IMG/VR virus record: IMGVR_UViG_3300048587_000983
Reading direction: 5' to 3' (one strand)
Length of the DNA: 64,000 nt
Source of the DNA: a virus
The position numbers were made by a program, and so were the translations under genes. A model generated the notes under the pieces. That model had not been told where the DNA came from. It saw only the letters and a list, made by a program, of their open reading frames with translations, and did not search any database. Within the stretch, counting starts at the first letter, position 1; each line of letters opens with the position of its first letter. Positions 45,634 through 55,647 of this stretch are shown here, in pieces.

Positions 45634-46499
45634 CAGAATTCCCTCTGCTTTTCCCGTTTTTCAGCTTCAGCAAGAAGCGCCAGCTTCCGGGCCTCGGGCA
45701 CATCAAGTCGCTGCTCCACATCGGAAGGGTTGATTGCGTCGAGCCGGGCAAACTGGAGCATGACAGTGCGGTTTTTCTCCGGCCCTCTGACGTTGGAAAC
45801 CTTCCAGAAGCGCCCAGGCTTGAGTTCGAGGATCACGTCGTCGTTGTTGAGGAGCGGGTAGTTTGTGAACATGATATCGGTCTGAGTCGGCTGGCGCTTG
45901 CCCCACTCGGTGACCTGCTCGACACGGGGGTCGGGCTCAAAGCTCATCCAGACATCGATGGGCGGATAAAAACCCCCGATGCGGCCCGTTCCGTAGCAGG
46001 TTTGGCAGTTGCTTTTGGTGACGCGCTTTAGAACCTGATCCCAGCACTCGGGGCAGTTGGTTCCCTCGCGTCTTTTTTTATAAACCATGGCCGGCACACC
46101 AAAGACCCAGCGCATCGCAAAAAGATGCTCGTCGACCACGTAGATGCCGACAAGGTCAAGGTCACCGTCCCAGGTCGTCTCCTTTGAGGTGAAGGTCTGA
46201 ACCGGGGTATCGCCCTCGTACTCAACGGCGCGCACCCTGTAGTAGTAGATCTTGTTGAGGTCCTTCAGGTTCGCCGTGAAGTCCACGTACTCGGGAAGAT
46301 CCCCGATCGTAAGAGGCTCGGCATTGAGCTGGCGCATCTCGCTCGGGCTCTCGCCCCGGTCGATAAAAAAGCGCAGCCGCGACAGGTTTTGTGCGGATTT
46401 GGCGAGCCTCCAGCCAACCCTTACGCGCGATATGTGTTCGATCGAAAGGATCGTCACAGATATTTCCGCGAACTCTATGCGCCTAAGGATTGCTGGCAT
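45633..46499 (-). CDS. Putative head-tail adaptor / neck protein with Zn finger
   Basis: CPEC...CQTCYGTGRIGGF; position between capsid and sheath. Confidence 0.65.
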   Translation of the reverse strand: MPAILRRIEFAEISVTILSIEHISRVRVGWRLAKSAQNLSRLRFFIDRGESPSEMRQLNAEPLTIGDLPEYVDFTANLKDLNKIYYYRVRAVEYEGDTPVQTFTSKETTWDGDLDLVGIYVVDEHLFAMRWVFGVPAMVYKKRREGTNCPECWDQVLKRVTKSNCQTCYGTGRIGGFYPPIDVWMSFEPDPRVEQVTEWGKRQPTQTDIMFTNYPLLNNDDVILELKPGRFWKVSNVRGPEKNRTVMLQFARLDAINPSDVEQRLDVPEARKLALLAEAEKREKQREF

Positions 46500-46511
46500 G
46501 AAAGCCCCTTG

Positions 46512-46904
46512 TCAGTCGGCAAGTATTTTTTCGTCCTTTTTGAAACGTGCTTCGAGGGGCGGCGGCTGAGAAAGAAGAGCGCGCTGCTGCCGAAGGAGCT
46601 TCAAAAGGATGGCATAGTTGGCAAGATCGAGAAGCGTGTCTTCCACGGACTCGTCTGTGACCATGGCCTGCTTTCCCTTTATAAGAGAAATGACCCGCTT
46701 GAACTTATCGGTCATCCGAGTCAGCAGTCCGATTTCCGCAGGACATACCCCCAAAAGCTCCACGGCCATGAAGTTGTCGAACGGGTCGTCGGAGACGGTG
46801 TAATCATTATTTTTCTTCTCGGCCGTCCGCGCCATCCTCTCGATGGTTTCATTGAAGGCTGAGAGGAAGTGCTCCTTGTCCATTCCGGTGGCGTACATGA
46901 TCAT
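46512..46904 (-). CDS. DUF1599 / nucleotide-modification-associated domain protein
   Basis: KNNDY...DNF...RMTDKFKR...ESVEDTLLDLANYA. Confidence 0.75.
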   Translation of the reverse strand: MIMYATGMDKEHFLSAFNETIERMARTAEKKNNDYTVSDDPFDNFMAVELLGVCPAEIGLLTRMTDKFKRVISLIKGKQAMVTDESVEDTLLDLANYAILLKLLRQQRALLSQPPPLEARFKKDEKILAD

Positions 46905-47095
46905 CCTTTGAAAGTTTCAAACTTTCCGCGATCGCTCTCCATCGTCAAATCTGAGAGGACCGGGCCAGATTTGGAAATGCTTCGCTGCATGATGGGAGGC
47001 GGGACCTCGCTATTTTCACGAGGCATCGCCTTCTCCGCCACTGCGAGGACTTCCGCCTTTTTGTAGAACCCTTGCCAAAAGCTCTCACCAGGCAT
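46901..47095 (-). CDS. Small protein with FWxGF leader
   Basis: MPGESFWQGFYKKAE. Confidence 0.65.
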   Translation of the reverse strand: MPGESFWQGFYKKAEVLAVAEKAMPRENSEVPPPIMQRSISKSGPVLSDLTMESDRGKFETFKG

Positions 47096-47564
47096 AGCCG
47101 ATCCAATCGTACTCACTGTTGACACCGCCCCAACCACGATTGATGTTCTGCTGGATTTTCATGTTCCTTTTTTTGGTTTCGTACTCGTTGGCGAAGTTTA
47201 CCATCCAGCTCATATAGTAGTTGCTCTTGTTGGAGCGAATGAAGCTGGAGCCACCGGCTGAGTAGTTGAGCTCGTTTCGTGCCTGCCGCAGACCCTGCGA
47301 TTTAAGCAGCTGAATGGCAGCACCGTGCATGAGCAGGTAAAGGCTCGGAAAGTTCCCGATGTCCTTTGCACCAATAAGAGGCGTCGTCGAATTCCAGTCA
47401 GAGATTGTCATCTCGATTGCGAAAGTCAGCATCTCGTCATCCGACTCGTACTTGTTGATGAGCCGGTTGAGTTCAGGAGTATCCATCATGAAAAGGCGAA
47501 GATAACGCTTCGCTTTTGCCATGCGCGAGGTATCGGTCGTTGACTGCTTTGTGCTCGTGGCCAT
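47085..47564 (-). CDS. Putative head-tail connector protein
   Basis: Helical 159-aa protein two genes after the capsid gene. Confidence 0.6.
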   Translation of the reverse strand: MATSTKQSTTDTSRMAKAKRYLRLFMMDTPELNRLINKYESDDEMLTFAIEMTISDWNSTTPLIGAKDIGNFPSLYLLMHGAAIQLLKSQGLRQARNELNYSAGGSSFIRSNKSNYYMSWMVNFANEYETKKRNMKIQQNINRGWGGVNSEYDWIGYAW

Positions 47565-47575
47565 GGGTGCCCCGC

Positions 47576-48097
47576 TTAACGTTGACGCCGCTGACGTGGA
47601 GGAATGGAATTTTTAGTAGCCGTGACGGTGAAGTTCGGCGTTCCATCCGGATTCACAGCCCCCTCAAGCTCAGGCTTTGTCGGCATTTTCTTTGCCTGGC
47701 TTTCAAGCTCGGTGACGCCCGTCTCGTTCTGGGCTTCACCCATAAGGCTTGCGCGGGCCTGTCTTGCCCTTTGGCCTTGAGCTGTCGCAACTGCGACTTC
47801 AGAATCAACGCCGCTCTTTGCCTGCTTCTTACGGCCCTGGTTGCTGTGGCCTTGCAAGGCGTCCGTGATATCTTTCAGAGGCTGGCAGGACAGATAGCCC
47901 TGGCTGACGAGCGTTATGATGTCGTCGTTGGGCTCGTTGATGATCTTCACTTCGTCCGGACGAAGCATGATCACCTTGTCCTGAGCGTTGCGATAGCTTA
48001 CGTAGTGACCTTTCTTTTGGATCACTGTTCGCGTATCAGGACCATGGAGGGGCCTTGGTAACTTCGTGATGTTTCGGATTTGAAATTTTTGCCGCAT
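47576..48097 (-). CDS. Hypothetical virion-module protein
   Basis: Start MRQKFQIRN after GAGGA. Confidence 0.7.
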   Translation of the reverse strand: MRQKFQIRNITKLPRPLHGPDTRTVIQKKGHYVSYRNAQDKVIMLRPDEVKIINEPNDDIITLVSQGYLSCQPLKDITDALQGHSNQGRKKQAKSGVDSEVAVATAQGQRARQARASLMGEAQNETGVTELESQAKKMPTKPELEGAVNPDGTPNFTVTATKNSIPPRQRRQR

Positions 48098-48164
48098 GGT
48101 ACAATTCCTCTCTAATGTGAAAACTGCCGGGCGTTTCCACCCGGCAGCCTTTGGAACCACGATC

Positions 48165-49091
48165 TTAGATCGTACCGCCCGTTGGGATTGGGTTTGGTAC
48201 ATCCATCTCGATCTTGGCGATCGACTTGATGTTACCGAAACCTTGGGCAATATACTCCCAAGTTTTCCAGACGATCAGATCGGCCTCTTTCTTGATCCAA
48301 AACTTGACGTCGTTCAGGATAAAGAAGTTGCCGAGGTAGGCGGGCTCAGTGAAGGCCCAGGTTTCGCCGGGAAGAACGAGGTCGTGCTTGTTGGTTACAA
48401 CAAGACGGCGCTTGAGGATCGACTCGTACTTGTAGCCATCCACGGTGATCTCGGAGGCCAAAGGCGAACCGATTTCGCTCGCGGGCTGGATCATGTAGTC
48501 GTCATAATCCACGGTGTTCATGAGGCAGCAGCCGACGGTCAGCTGATCGAAGTCGATCATTTTGAAGAGACTGTTCATCTCCTTACGATCGACCTGAGTC
48601 GCAGGCGACACGAGGCGCTTTCCGGTGATGGAGATGGCAGCTTCAGCGTGCTCCAAAAAGCGGAAATCTTCCACCTTCTGGATGTCCTTGATGCTGTTCT
48701 CCTCGATCACCTTTGTGATGGGGTAATCGTAGGCCAGCAGTTCGCCTTCGGACTTCACGAACTTCTCGGATTCGATCTTGTAGAAGGGAATCGCGTAACG
48801 TTTCCCTTGGATGTAGCGCTCGCTGGCGGTGCCAACGAAGTTTACAGCCATCGCTGCCGAATCGTGTTCGATGTCCACGATTTTGATCAGCGTATCATGA
48901 TCGGTCGAGCGGGTCAGATCCGCGCGAGTCACTGACTCTGGCGGGAGGATCCGGCGGGCGAAACCAATTTCACGAATCTTCGCGCGAATGAACGCGGCAC
49001 CTGCAGCTGCTGTTTTTTGCAAGCCCTCGACTGTGTCCAACTTCTCGATAAACAAATTGTTGAACGTCTGGGCGTCAAGACCTTCGTACAT
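48165..49091 (-). CDS. Major capsid protein (HK97-like fold)
   Basis: 308 aa; downstream of protease and scaffold-type genes; IGFARRILPP, YDYPITKV, WKTWEYIAQGFGN. Confidence 0.8.
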   Translation of the reverse strand: MYEGLDAQTFNNLFIEKLDTVEGLQKTAAAGAAFIRAKIREIGFARRILPPESVTRADLTRSTDHDTLIKIVDIEHDSAAMAVNFVGTASERYIQGKRYAIPFYKIESEKFVKSEGELLAYDYPITKVIEENSIKDIQKVEDFRFLEHAEAAISITGKRLVSPATQVDRKEMNSLFKMIDFDQLTVGCCLMNTVDYDDYMIQPASEIGSPLASEITVDGYKYESILKRRLVVTNKHDLVLPGETWAFTEPAYLGNFFILNDVKFWIKKEADLIVWKTWEYIAQGFGNIKSIAKIEMDVPNPIPTGGTI

Positions 49092-49146
49092 CTATTCTTC
49101 TCCTTGATGTCTCAAAAGTGGTTGAATGTCGGAATCAAAGCTTCAA

Positions 49147-49635
49147 TTAAGGAGCTTCAAATCCGCCGCCCAGGGTTTCGTATTCCAGCCAGCCTGAGCC
49201 AACTGCAATCACGCGGGCCAGGGCTGCCTCACCGCTCGCGGCCTTGGTCAGTGCGGACTCGCCGCCGCCAAGGTCTTTCACAGTGAGCAGGTCACCGACA
49301 GCGTAGCTTTGCCCATCGTCATAGACGCTGGACTTGGCCTGAATCGGCCAGCTTGTGATGAGTGTTACCTGGCCAGTCGCCTTCACATCGAAACGGTCTG
49401 TTCCGGCGAAGACGAGATAAGTTTGGCCCACGGGAACCGCGCCTGCACGCTCGGCTTTACCGTCGGCATTCAGAACGGCCCACTCGCCAAGCCCAAGGAC
49501 TGTGTCCGCGGTGTTAAGCTTGACGTCCTTGCGGAACATGGACTCGAGACCCCGTGTAACAGACAAACGCATTTCGCTCGTCGTCAGGTCTTCGGTGATG
49601 GGCGCCACGCGGGCATCCGAAATGGCAACTACCAT
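49147..49635 (-). CDS. Putative capsid decoration / cement protein
   Basis: SD GGAGGA; immediately upstream of the capsid gene; beta-rich. Confidence 0.55.
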   Translation of the reverse strand: MVVAISDARVAPITEDLTTSEMRLSVTRGLESMFRKDVKLNTADTVLGLGEWAVLNADGKAERAGAVPVGQTYLVFAGTDRFDVKATGQVTLITSWPIQAKSSVYDDGQSYAVGDLLTVKDLGGGESALTKAASGEAALARVIAVGSGWLEYETLGGGFEAP

Positions 49636-49665
49636 TCAGCATTCCTCCAAAAAAAGATTGTTCGC

Positions 49666-50547
49666 TCAATCGAGGAGGTCAGCCTGGAATTTCTCACTGG
49701 GCGTCAGACCTTGCGCGGCATCGCGGGACGAACCGTCCAGCTCACCGAGTTTCATCGTGCCTCCAGCTAACTCCACAGCCTTCTCCAATACCTTCAAATC
49801 CTCATTTACGAGCGACGCCAACTTTGATTGGAGTTCGCTATACGACTCGGGCGGCTGTTCGAGGCCACGCTCCACCTGTTTCCAGAAGATGCGTTCGGCC
49901 TGCGCCCGCTTCTCATGCTCCCTATTCTTCGCGTGAAGTTGGAGCATCACAGAAGCAACTTTTTCCCGCAGGTTTTGGTCCTGCGCTGAGGATTCAAGCG
50001 ATTGCGACGGTCTATTTGTTAAATGCTTCATGCCTTTTTCCAAGCCTACACCTACAATGATGGGGGTTGCAATATCTCTTGCCTTTGTAATTGGACCAAG
50101 AGCGGAAGATCGCATGACCTCCCGATGCAGCTTACCCTTCCAGGGGATGTTTTCTTTCACCCGGAAAAGGCGATCGCCAACGAGCGGCGTCTTTCTAAGG
50201 ACGTTGCCTACAGCGGTATCGGCCGCAAGTGCCGGGCCGCTTATGTGCTTCCAGATCGCGTTACGAACCCGTTCCTTGCCAAACATCTTTTCGGCTGCAA
50301 ACTGAGCGGGGAAGAGGAGAAGGGACTCTGCGCCTCCGCCCCCTTCAGTTGCCTGGGACTTGTAACCCTGCCATGCTCTTTCAACATTTTTCGTGTCGAT
50401 GCCTTTGGCAAAACCTTTGGGGATCCTGCCGACCGAGTTGGCCGCAGCCCTCATAACGGACGGAGCGGAACCCGCCTGTCCTTTGAGCCGCCGCACAAAC
50501 CCTCTCAGAAAGGCTTCCTTTGTCGTTTGTCCAAGGCTTATCGTCAC
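49666..50547 (-). CDS. Head-module protein
   Basis: AFLRGF leader variant; coiled-coil C-terminus (scaffold-like). Confidence 0.7.
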   Translation of the reverse strand: MTISLGQTTKEAFLRGFVRRLKGQAGSAPSVMRAAANSVGRIPKGFAKGIDTKNVERAWQGYKSQATEGGGGAESLLLFPAQFAAEKMFGKERVRNAIWKHISGPALAADTAVGNVLRKTPLVGDRLFRVKENIPWKGKLHREVMRSSALGPITKARDIATPIIVGVGLEKGMKHLTNRPSQSLESSAQDQNLREKVASVMLQLHAKNREHEKRAQAERIFWKQVERGLEQPPESYSELQSKLASLVNEDLKVLEKAVELAGGTMKLGELDGSSRDAAQGLTPSEKFQADLLD

Positions 50548-50549
50548 GA

Positions 50550-50948
50550 TCAGTTCTCCGTATGAAACCAGGGCATCTCACTGAGGACCGAGCGGAACTG
50601 GATCCCGGCAGTCTTTTCGAGCTGCGCGGTGATTTCGGCATCGCTATAGCCCTGGGCTTTGGCGGAGTCTTCAAACTGCGCGACCTTGATCAGGGTCGGC
50701 AGATTCAAAAGCGTATCGACGAGGGCCACGGCGTGCGCGATCTTTTCACGCATCGTGAATTCGAGGTCTTCATTCTGCGAGGCCTTTTTCTCGGTGGGGA
50801 CCGAGGGGGCTTTGCGAATTTGCTCGGCGAGCTTAAAGACATCGTCATCAGTCAGCTCGTCCTGTGAAGGCGAGGCTGTTTTCTCCGACACCCGGCGGGA
50901 TACGATCTCATCTGTGTCGCGGATGATTTCGGAAAGAGGTCTAACCAT
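50550..50948 (-). CDS. Head-module protein with KxA motifs
   Basis: EKTAS, EKKAS, EKTAG. Confidence 0.75.
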   Translation of the reverse strand: MVRPLSEIIRDTDEIVSRRVSEKTASPSQDELTDDDVFKLAEQIRKAPSVPTEKKASQNEDLEFTMREKIAHAVALVDTLLNLPTLIKVAQFEDSAKAQGYSDAEITAQLEKTAGIQFRSVLSEMPWFHTEN

Positions 50949-51002
50949 GAGGGCGACTCCTTAAGAAATGACGGGAGAGCAGGTGCCCTCCCGCAGCCGT
51001 TT

Positions 51003-51674
51003 TTAGTCGTCCTTTTTTCTGCTCGCCGCGTAGCCGGCCGCGCCGCCAGCCGCCAGGTAAGGCGATGCTTTGGCGAGGGCCTTGCCGCCCGCTGCCGCGC
51101 GCTGCTTGGCGTTCAGGTTGCCCTTGACGCCGACGTTATCCATAAAGGAGTTACGACCGGTGGCTGCTGAACGAGCGTCGTCAGCCATTCCCTTGTGATA
51201 ATCCTTCACGGCCTTGCCGGCCTGACTGGCTTTGTCCTTGGCTTTGCCGGCAAAGTCTTTCGCCTTTTGCGCGCCGCCTGCCATAAACTTGCGGAAGCGG
51301 TCGAGGCCGGCCTTGGCTGCAGCCGAAGCCACCTTTTCTTCAACGAATGGTGCTATGTAGTGCCACTCGTTGCCATGACGATCGGAGCCCAGCTTGCGGA
51401 GACCATCATACTGGCCGCGCTCGATGAAGGCACCCATCTGCGCCGCGATTTTCTCGGCTTCCGGGTTATTCAGCTCGTCGCTTTCGCTGGCGATCTTTTC
51501 GGCTTCAGCAGCCTGCTTGTCCATGGCGTCGGCGATGTTCAGGGCAATTTCGAGGCCCTTATTGTACATCTCGCCGGCGACCTTGGCCTGCTCAGCGGCG
51601 ACCTTTTCAGTTTCTGCGCCGAAGTCGGTACTGAGGATGGCTTGCTGCTCTGGGGTCAGATCTTGAATACGCAT
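51003..51674 (-). CDS. Head-module protein with KxA motifs
   Basis: Start MRIQD after AAAGGAG; EKVAA, DKQAA, EKIAS, EKIAA, EKVAS. Confidence 0.75.
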   Translation of the reverse strand: MRIQDLTPEQQAILSTDFGAETEKVAAEQAKVAGEMYNKGLEIALNIADAMDKQAAEAEKIASESDELNNPEAEKIAAQMGAFIERGQYDGLRKLGSDRHGNEWHYIAPFVEEKVASAAAKAGLDRFRKFMAGGAQKAKDFAGKAKDKASQAGKAVKDYHKGMADDARSAATGRNSFMDNVGVKGNLNAKQRAAAGGKALAKASPYLAAGGAAGYAASRKKDD

Positions 51675-51745
51675 ATCACTTGCTCCTTTTTGTCTATTTT
51701 TAGTTCGACTGCTCTGGAACCGGCTCATGCTGCCAATGGACTATT

Positions 51746-52387
51746 TCAGTCTTCCAACTGAGCCAGCAGCAGGTGCTTGGTCAGAGCCAGAGCTGCGGCA
51801 TGCTTTTGCTCGAAATGACCAACGGTGGACGCATTGTTTTTTGCCTTCACTTCGTCCTGAATGCTCACAGACTTGGTGTTGACGGCAGACGACGAGTCCG
51901 CGGGTTTGTTGTTGGCCTGGCCTTGTGGTGGCTCGACATCGGTTTGAACGGGACCGTCGTGATGAGCGGCGGTCGACGCGCTGATGGTTGCGCCGCCAGT
52001 GAGGGCCTCGGCAGCAATCTTTTCGATGCGACGATCCCACTGACTTGCATAGTGATCGAACGCGCGGGCGCCAAGGGCTTCCTCGGCTGCGTTTTTCTCT
52101 TCCTCGGCAGTCTTCACTGCGATGTCACGATCCTCTGGAAAGAGGGCTCCGTAGACGCCGTCAAGGTTAAACGAGGCGGATTTTTCCTCGTCCTTGTCTT
52201 CCTTGTCGTCGTCCTCCTTCTCCTCCTTTTCCTCTTCCTCGGCCTGCTTTCCGAAAAAGCCGTCGAATTTCAGTTCTTTTGCCAGCTTGGTCAGGGCATC
52301 ATCAGATTCCTGAGAGTTGACGGAAGCGGTTTTTGTCGAGGCGTTGTCGCCAAACGATGCTGCGAGCAGATCCTGAAGTGTAGCCAT
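51746..52387 (-). CDS. Acidic scaffold/core-like head protein
   Basis: Start MATLQD after GGAGGA; TKTAS, GKQAE, EKSAS, VKTAE, EKIAA. Confidence 0.75.
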   Translation of the reverse strand: MATLQDLLAASFGDNASTKTASVNSQESDDALTKLAKELKFDGFFGKQAEEEEKEEKEDDDKEDKDEEKSASFNLDGVYGALFPEDRDIAVKTAEEEKNAAEEALGARAFDHYASQWDRRIEKIAAEALTGGATISASTAAHHDGPVQTDVEPPQGQANNKPADSSSAVNTKSVSIQDEVKAKNNASTVGHFEQKHAAALALTKHLLLAQLED

Positions 52388-52422
52388 GGTTTCCTCCAAA
52401 AAAATGTCTGATTGCCACGAGA

Positions 52423-54444
52423 TCAACTGCGCTCGGACTTCTTTCTTCGAGCGAGCCAGGAGCCCCCGGCCATGATTCCCGAATCAAGAAGCCCGCCGAC
52501 GATTTTCCCAGGAAGGTTGACCTTGCCCGTGGCCAAAGGCCAAAGAAGGGCATTGCTCGCCAGTTCCTGGACATCTGCCGTCTTCATAGGGGCGCTCTCG
52601 TCACCAGTGCCGTCTTCAGCGACTTTTTTTAAGCCGCCGAGAACATTCTTGATGACCTTATGAGTTCCGCCTCCTCTGGCAGACTGCATGGCGTCCGCAA
52701 TCAGACCACCGCTTACGACGTCAGGGTGTTGCCGAAGAAACGCGCTCAATCGGCCCTCCGTCTCGTAGGGGTTTGCGTCTCGATGCGCCGCTAAAACTCC
52801 TGAGCCCATGTAGGCAGCTGGAATGCCTAGAAAGAGCCGCCTACCCGCTGCGCCGAGGTTTTGGGTAACCCCGCCGAGTTTGAGATACGGCTTTTGCTTC
52901 AGATCCTCGATCCGAGAATGCATGTCGTTGGCATCAGGGTTCGTATAGTCGCCGGTATTAAATTGTCCCTTAACTTTAGGTCCAAACGTACTATGAAATA
53001 CGGACAGAAGTCCAATGCCGAGTGCAGTCGCCAGACCTAAACCTGCATTTGATTGTAGCAGCTTATCTATTCCTTGAAGACTCCCTGCCGGGGCCTTTTT
53101 TGAAAGGGCTGCGTAGGCTCCCGCGGCCGCGAGCATAATCGGAACGATCCCCAGCGGGGTTCTATCCTTGGGCTTGCCGTCTTCGCCAATCTTCATGAAG
53201 GTCGGCAGATCGCTCCGGTTTTGAGCAGAGCCGGTTTTGATAAGGATGGCGATCCGCTTGGAAAGATGGGGGCTCGCATAGCTTCTCTCCGGCAGGAACG
53301 GCAAAAGGCTCTGCATCGCACCCTCATCGAAGTGGCGATGGCTGATATCAAAGGCGCCCATATCCGAAGCTCCGGGGTCGGGGCGCATCATTGGATCAAA
53401 GCAGAGGGCTCTTTGCTCCAGGGCGTCGGCCAATTCGCGCAGACCTTTGGAGAGCAAAAAGAGTCTTTGGAACTCCTCGGGCTTCGGAAGGATGCCGAGC
53501 ATCGTCATGGTGGAAAGTGAGCGGCTGAGGGGCAGTTTTGAGAGCCCATCGAGGACTTCCTTGGGCAGTCTCCGCTCCCGCGCCTTCACATCGGGGATCA
53601 TGCGGGCGATATCCTTCAGCGCCTCCCCGGCAGTCTGACTTGAAGGAGGGTCTTTGGCTGTTCCGGCCGGCACATGCTTTTCTATGGTTGCCGCCTTCGC
53701 AAGCTGGGCGGCTTTTTCCGCGAGCGCAGCCGAACTTACCCCGTAATAGATAGGGCGCGCGTGGGCGACCTTGCGAAGTGTCTTGGCGATCCGATCGGCG
53801 CCGATCAGCACATAGCTGATGTCAAAGAACTTCGGCTTGTAGTTTCTCACGAAGACCTTTTTGCCTGTCTCGGGATCGATTCGCCCCATGAGGTACTTTG
53901 CATGGTGGCAATAAAACTTCATGTTGGGAGCCTTGTTGCCGCAGATGCTGCAGACGTCGTAGGGTATCCGTGTTCCCATGGACCAGTCGGGGTACTGCCC
54001 GTGCTCAATCCTCTCGGCAATGTCAGGGGCTTTTGCGTCGTCCAAAAGAACGATGAGCTCCACCCTATGAAACTGTGCATTATAAACGGCGAGCGGGACA
54101 TCGCCGAAGGATGCCGCCGGGTTTTTGTTTACATGGTGCTTATAGATTTTTGCGTATTTTACAAAGGTTCTATAGCCGTAGTCCTCATCCCCTTCGTAGG
54201 CCAGCTCCGATTCCGGGAAGTAGTCGCCGTTGGCGTTATCACCCCAATACTCCCCTGCGCCGAGCGCCGTGAGGAGGATCTGCGTTTTGCCTGGAATCTT
54301 TTTCGCCGCGCCGATATACGAGGCAATCGTCGGATGGTAGGCGCCCTGCGAGGCCGTCTTCGTGAGGTAGCCTCGCTCGTAGTCGATAAGGTGGGTGAAA
54401 ATACCTTGCTCGGTTTTACCCGGAAAAAGAAGGAGCTTATCCAT
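52423..54444 (-). CDS. Prohead (capsid maturation) protease with long hydrophobic C-terminal extension
   Basis: NANGDYF, KHH (His), DWSMG (Ser), CSICGN, FFDISYV...AD. Confidence 0.75.
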   Translation of the reverse strand: MDKLLLFPGKTEQGIFTHLIDYERGYLTKTASQGAYHPTIASYIGAAKKIPGKTQILLTALGAGEYWGDNANGDYFPESELAYEGDEDYGYRTFVKYAKIYKHHVNKNPAASFGDVPLAVYNAQFHRVELIVLLDDAKAPDIAERIEHGQYPDWSMGTRIPYDVCSICGNKAPNMKFYCHHAKYLMGRIDPETGKKVFVRNYKPKFFDISYVLIGADRIAKTLRKVAHARPIYYGVSSAALAEKAAQLAKAATIEKHVPAGTAKDPPSSQTAGEALKDIARMIPDVKARERRLPKEVLDGLSKLPLSRSLSTMTMLGILPKPEEFQRLFLLSKGLRELADALEQRALCFDPMMRPDPGASDMGAFDISHRHFDEGAMQSLLPFLPERSYASPHLSKRIAILIKTGSAQNRSDLPTFMKIGEDGKPKDRTPLGIVPIMLAAAGAYAALSKKAPAGSLQGIDKLLQSNAGLGLATALGIGLLSVFHSTFGPKVKGQFNTGDYTNPDANDMHSRIEDLKQKPYLKLGGVTQNLGAAGRRLFLGIPAAYMGSGVLAAHRDANPYETEGRLSAFLRQHPDVVSGGLIADAMQSARGGGTHKVIKNVLGGLKKVAEDGTGDESAPMKTADVQELASNALLWPLATGKVNLPGKIVGGLLDSGIMAGGSWLARRKKSERS

Positions 54445-55640
54445 CAGCTGCCCTTCGATGATTGGTTTTTCATGTTGACGCCAAGGTCACGCGCAAACAT
54501 CTGCCTGTTCTGCTGGCGCAAGGGCTCGGTCGTATCCTTGATTGCCGCGCGCAGGCCTTCGCCAAGCCCAAACGCTGTCGCTGCACCAGAAAAGCCAGCC
54601 ATGAAGGGGCTCGTCTGACCGGCTGAGGCAAGGTTTCGCTCGATATCGGTCAGCTGCTTGATGTCGGGGAGCTCCACATCCTGCGCCTGACCCATGATTC
54701 TGGCCATAAACGTCCGGGCCGAATCCGGGTGGAGGGCGACGTGGGGAGCAAAATGGACGAGCGTTTCAAATGCCCGGTAGGCTTCTGCCGGATTATCGTT
54801 GAGAGCCACCTGACTCTGCTGGTCAGGGTTTGTGAGCTTGTCGCGGCGCATGGCTTCTTCGTAGGATGCGCGAAGGCGCTGGGACATAACCTTGCTGTCG
54901 CGGCTCGCCTGCACCTGATTGATGACGCCATGACCAATGCCAGCGAGAAGTGGAATCGAACTCACGAGAGCCACGTTTTTGAGGGCCTGACCCACCGTCC
55001 CAGGGCGGATACCGCCAGCGGCTCTTGCGGCCATACCGCTCGCAGCGGCTCCGCCTCGGCGTATGGCATCGCCAATGCCGCCCATGATACCGGCTTCCTT
55101 GACGAGGCAGAAGACATCGGCGTACATCTCGCCGAGCCTTTCCGCAGAGGCCTTCTTCGACATTTTGCTATCGACCTTGCCTGCAAAGCCTGGATCCTTG
55201 GCCGTGTAGACGGCCTGAAGAACGGCGAGATGGTTCATGTCGTCGTTGGAAAAACCCGTGTGAAGAGTGCGGCCGATAAGGTCTTTTGCTTTTTTTGGGT
55301 CGGCGGCAATCGTCGGCGCAACCTTGGCGAGATCCGCGAAGCGCTTGTCTGCCAGCTCCAGATGACCCTGGAACGCGGGGTCCTGCATGACCGCGTCACG
55401 CGATTTTTGTATTTTGCCCACGACCCTTTGCACCTTCATCAGATCGAAAAGCTTTATACCCCCGAGGATGGCGGCACCGACGGCTGCGTTGCCTGCGTGC
55501 CTTCCGAAATGGGCGTCTGAAAAAGCTCCTTCGTCAGCGCCCAGCTTCAAAAGCGCGCTGCAGTCTTCGTAGATTTTGGCCTTTGCTTCAGGGCGAATCT
55601 CACCTGCGGAAGCCATCTTTTCAAGCCACACGATTTGCAT
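54444..55640 (-). CDS. Head-module protein, Gly/Ala-rich
   Basis: EKMAS, KKAS, VKEAG; hydrophobic segments. Confidence 0.7.
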   Translation of the reverse strand: MQIVWLEKMASAGEIRPEAKAKIYEDCSALLKLGADEGAFSDAHFGRHAGNAAVGAAILGGIKLFDLMKVQRVVGKIQKSRDAVMQDPAFQGHLELADKRFADLAKVAPTIAADPKKAKDLIGRTLHTGFSNDDMNHLAVLQAVYTAKDPGFAGKVDSKMSKKASAERLGEMYADVFCLVKEAGIMGGIGDAIRRGGAAASGMAARAAGGIRPGTVGQALKNVALVSSIPLLAGIGHGVINQVQASRDSKVMSQRLRASYEEAMRRDKLTNPDQQSQVALNDNPAEAYRAFETLVHFAPHVALHPDSARTFMARIMGQAQDVELPDIKQLTDIERNLASAGQTSPFMAGFSGAATAFGLGEGLRAAIKDTTEPLRQQNRQMFARDLGVNMKNQSSKGS

Positions 55641-55647
55641 GGAAACC

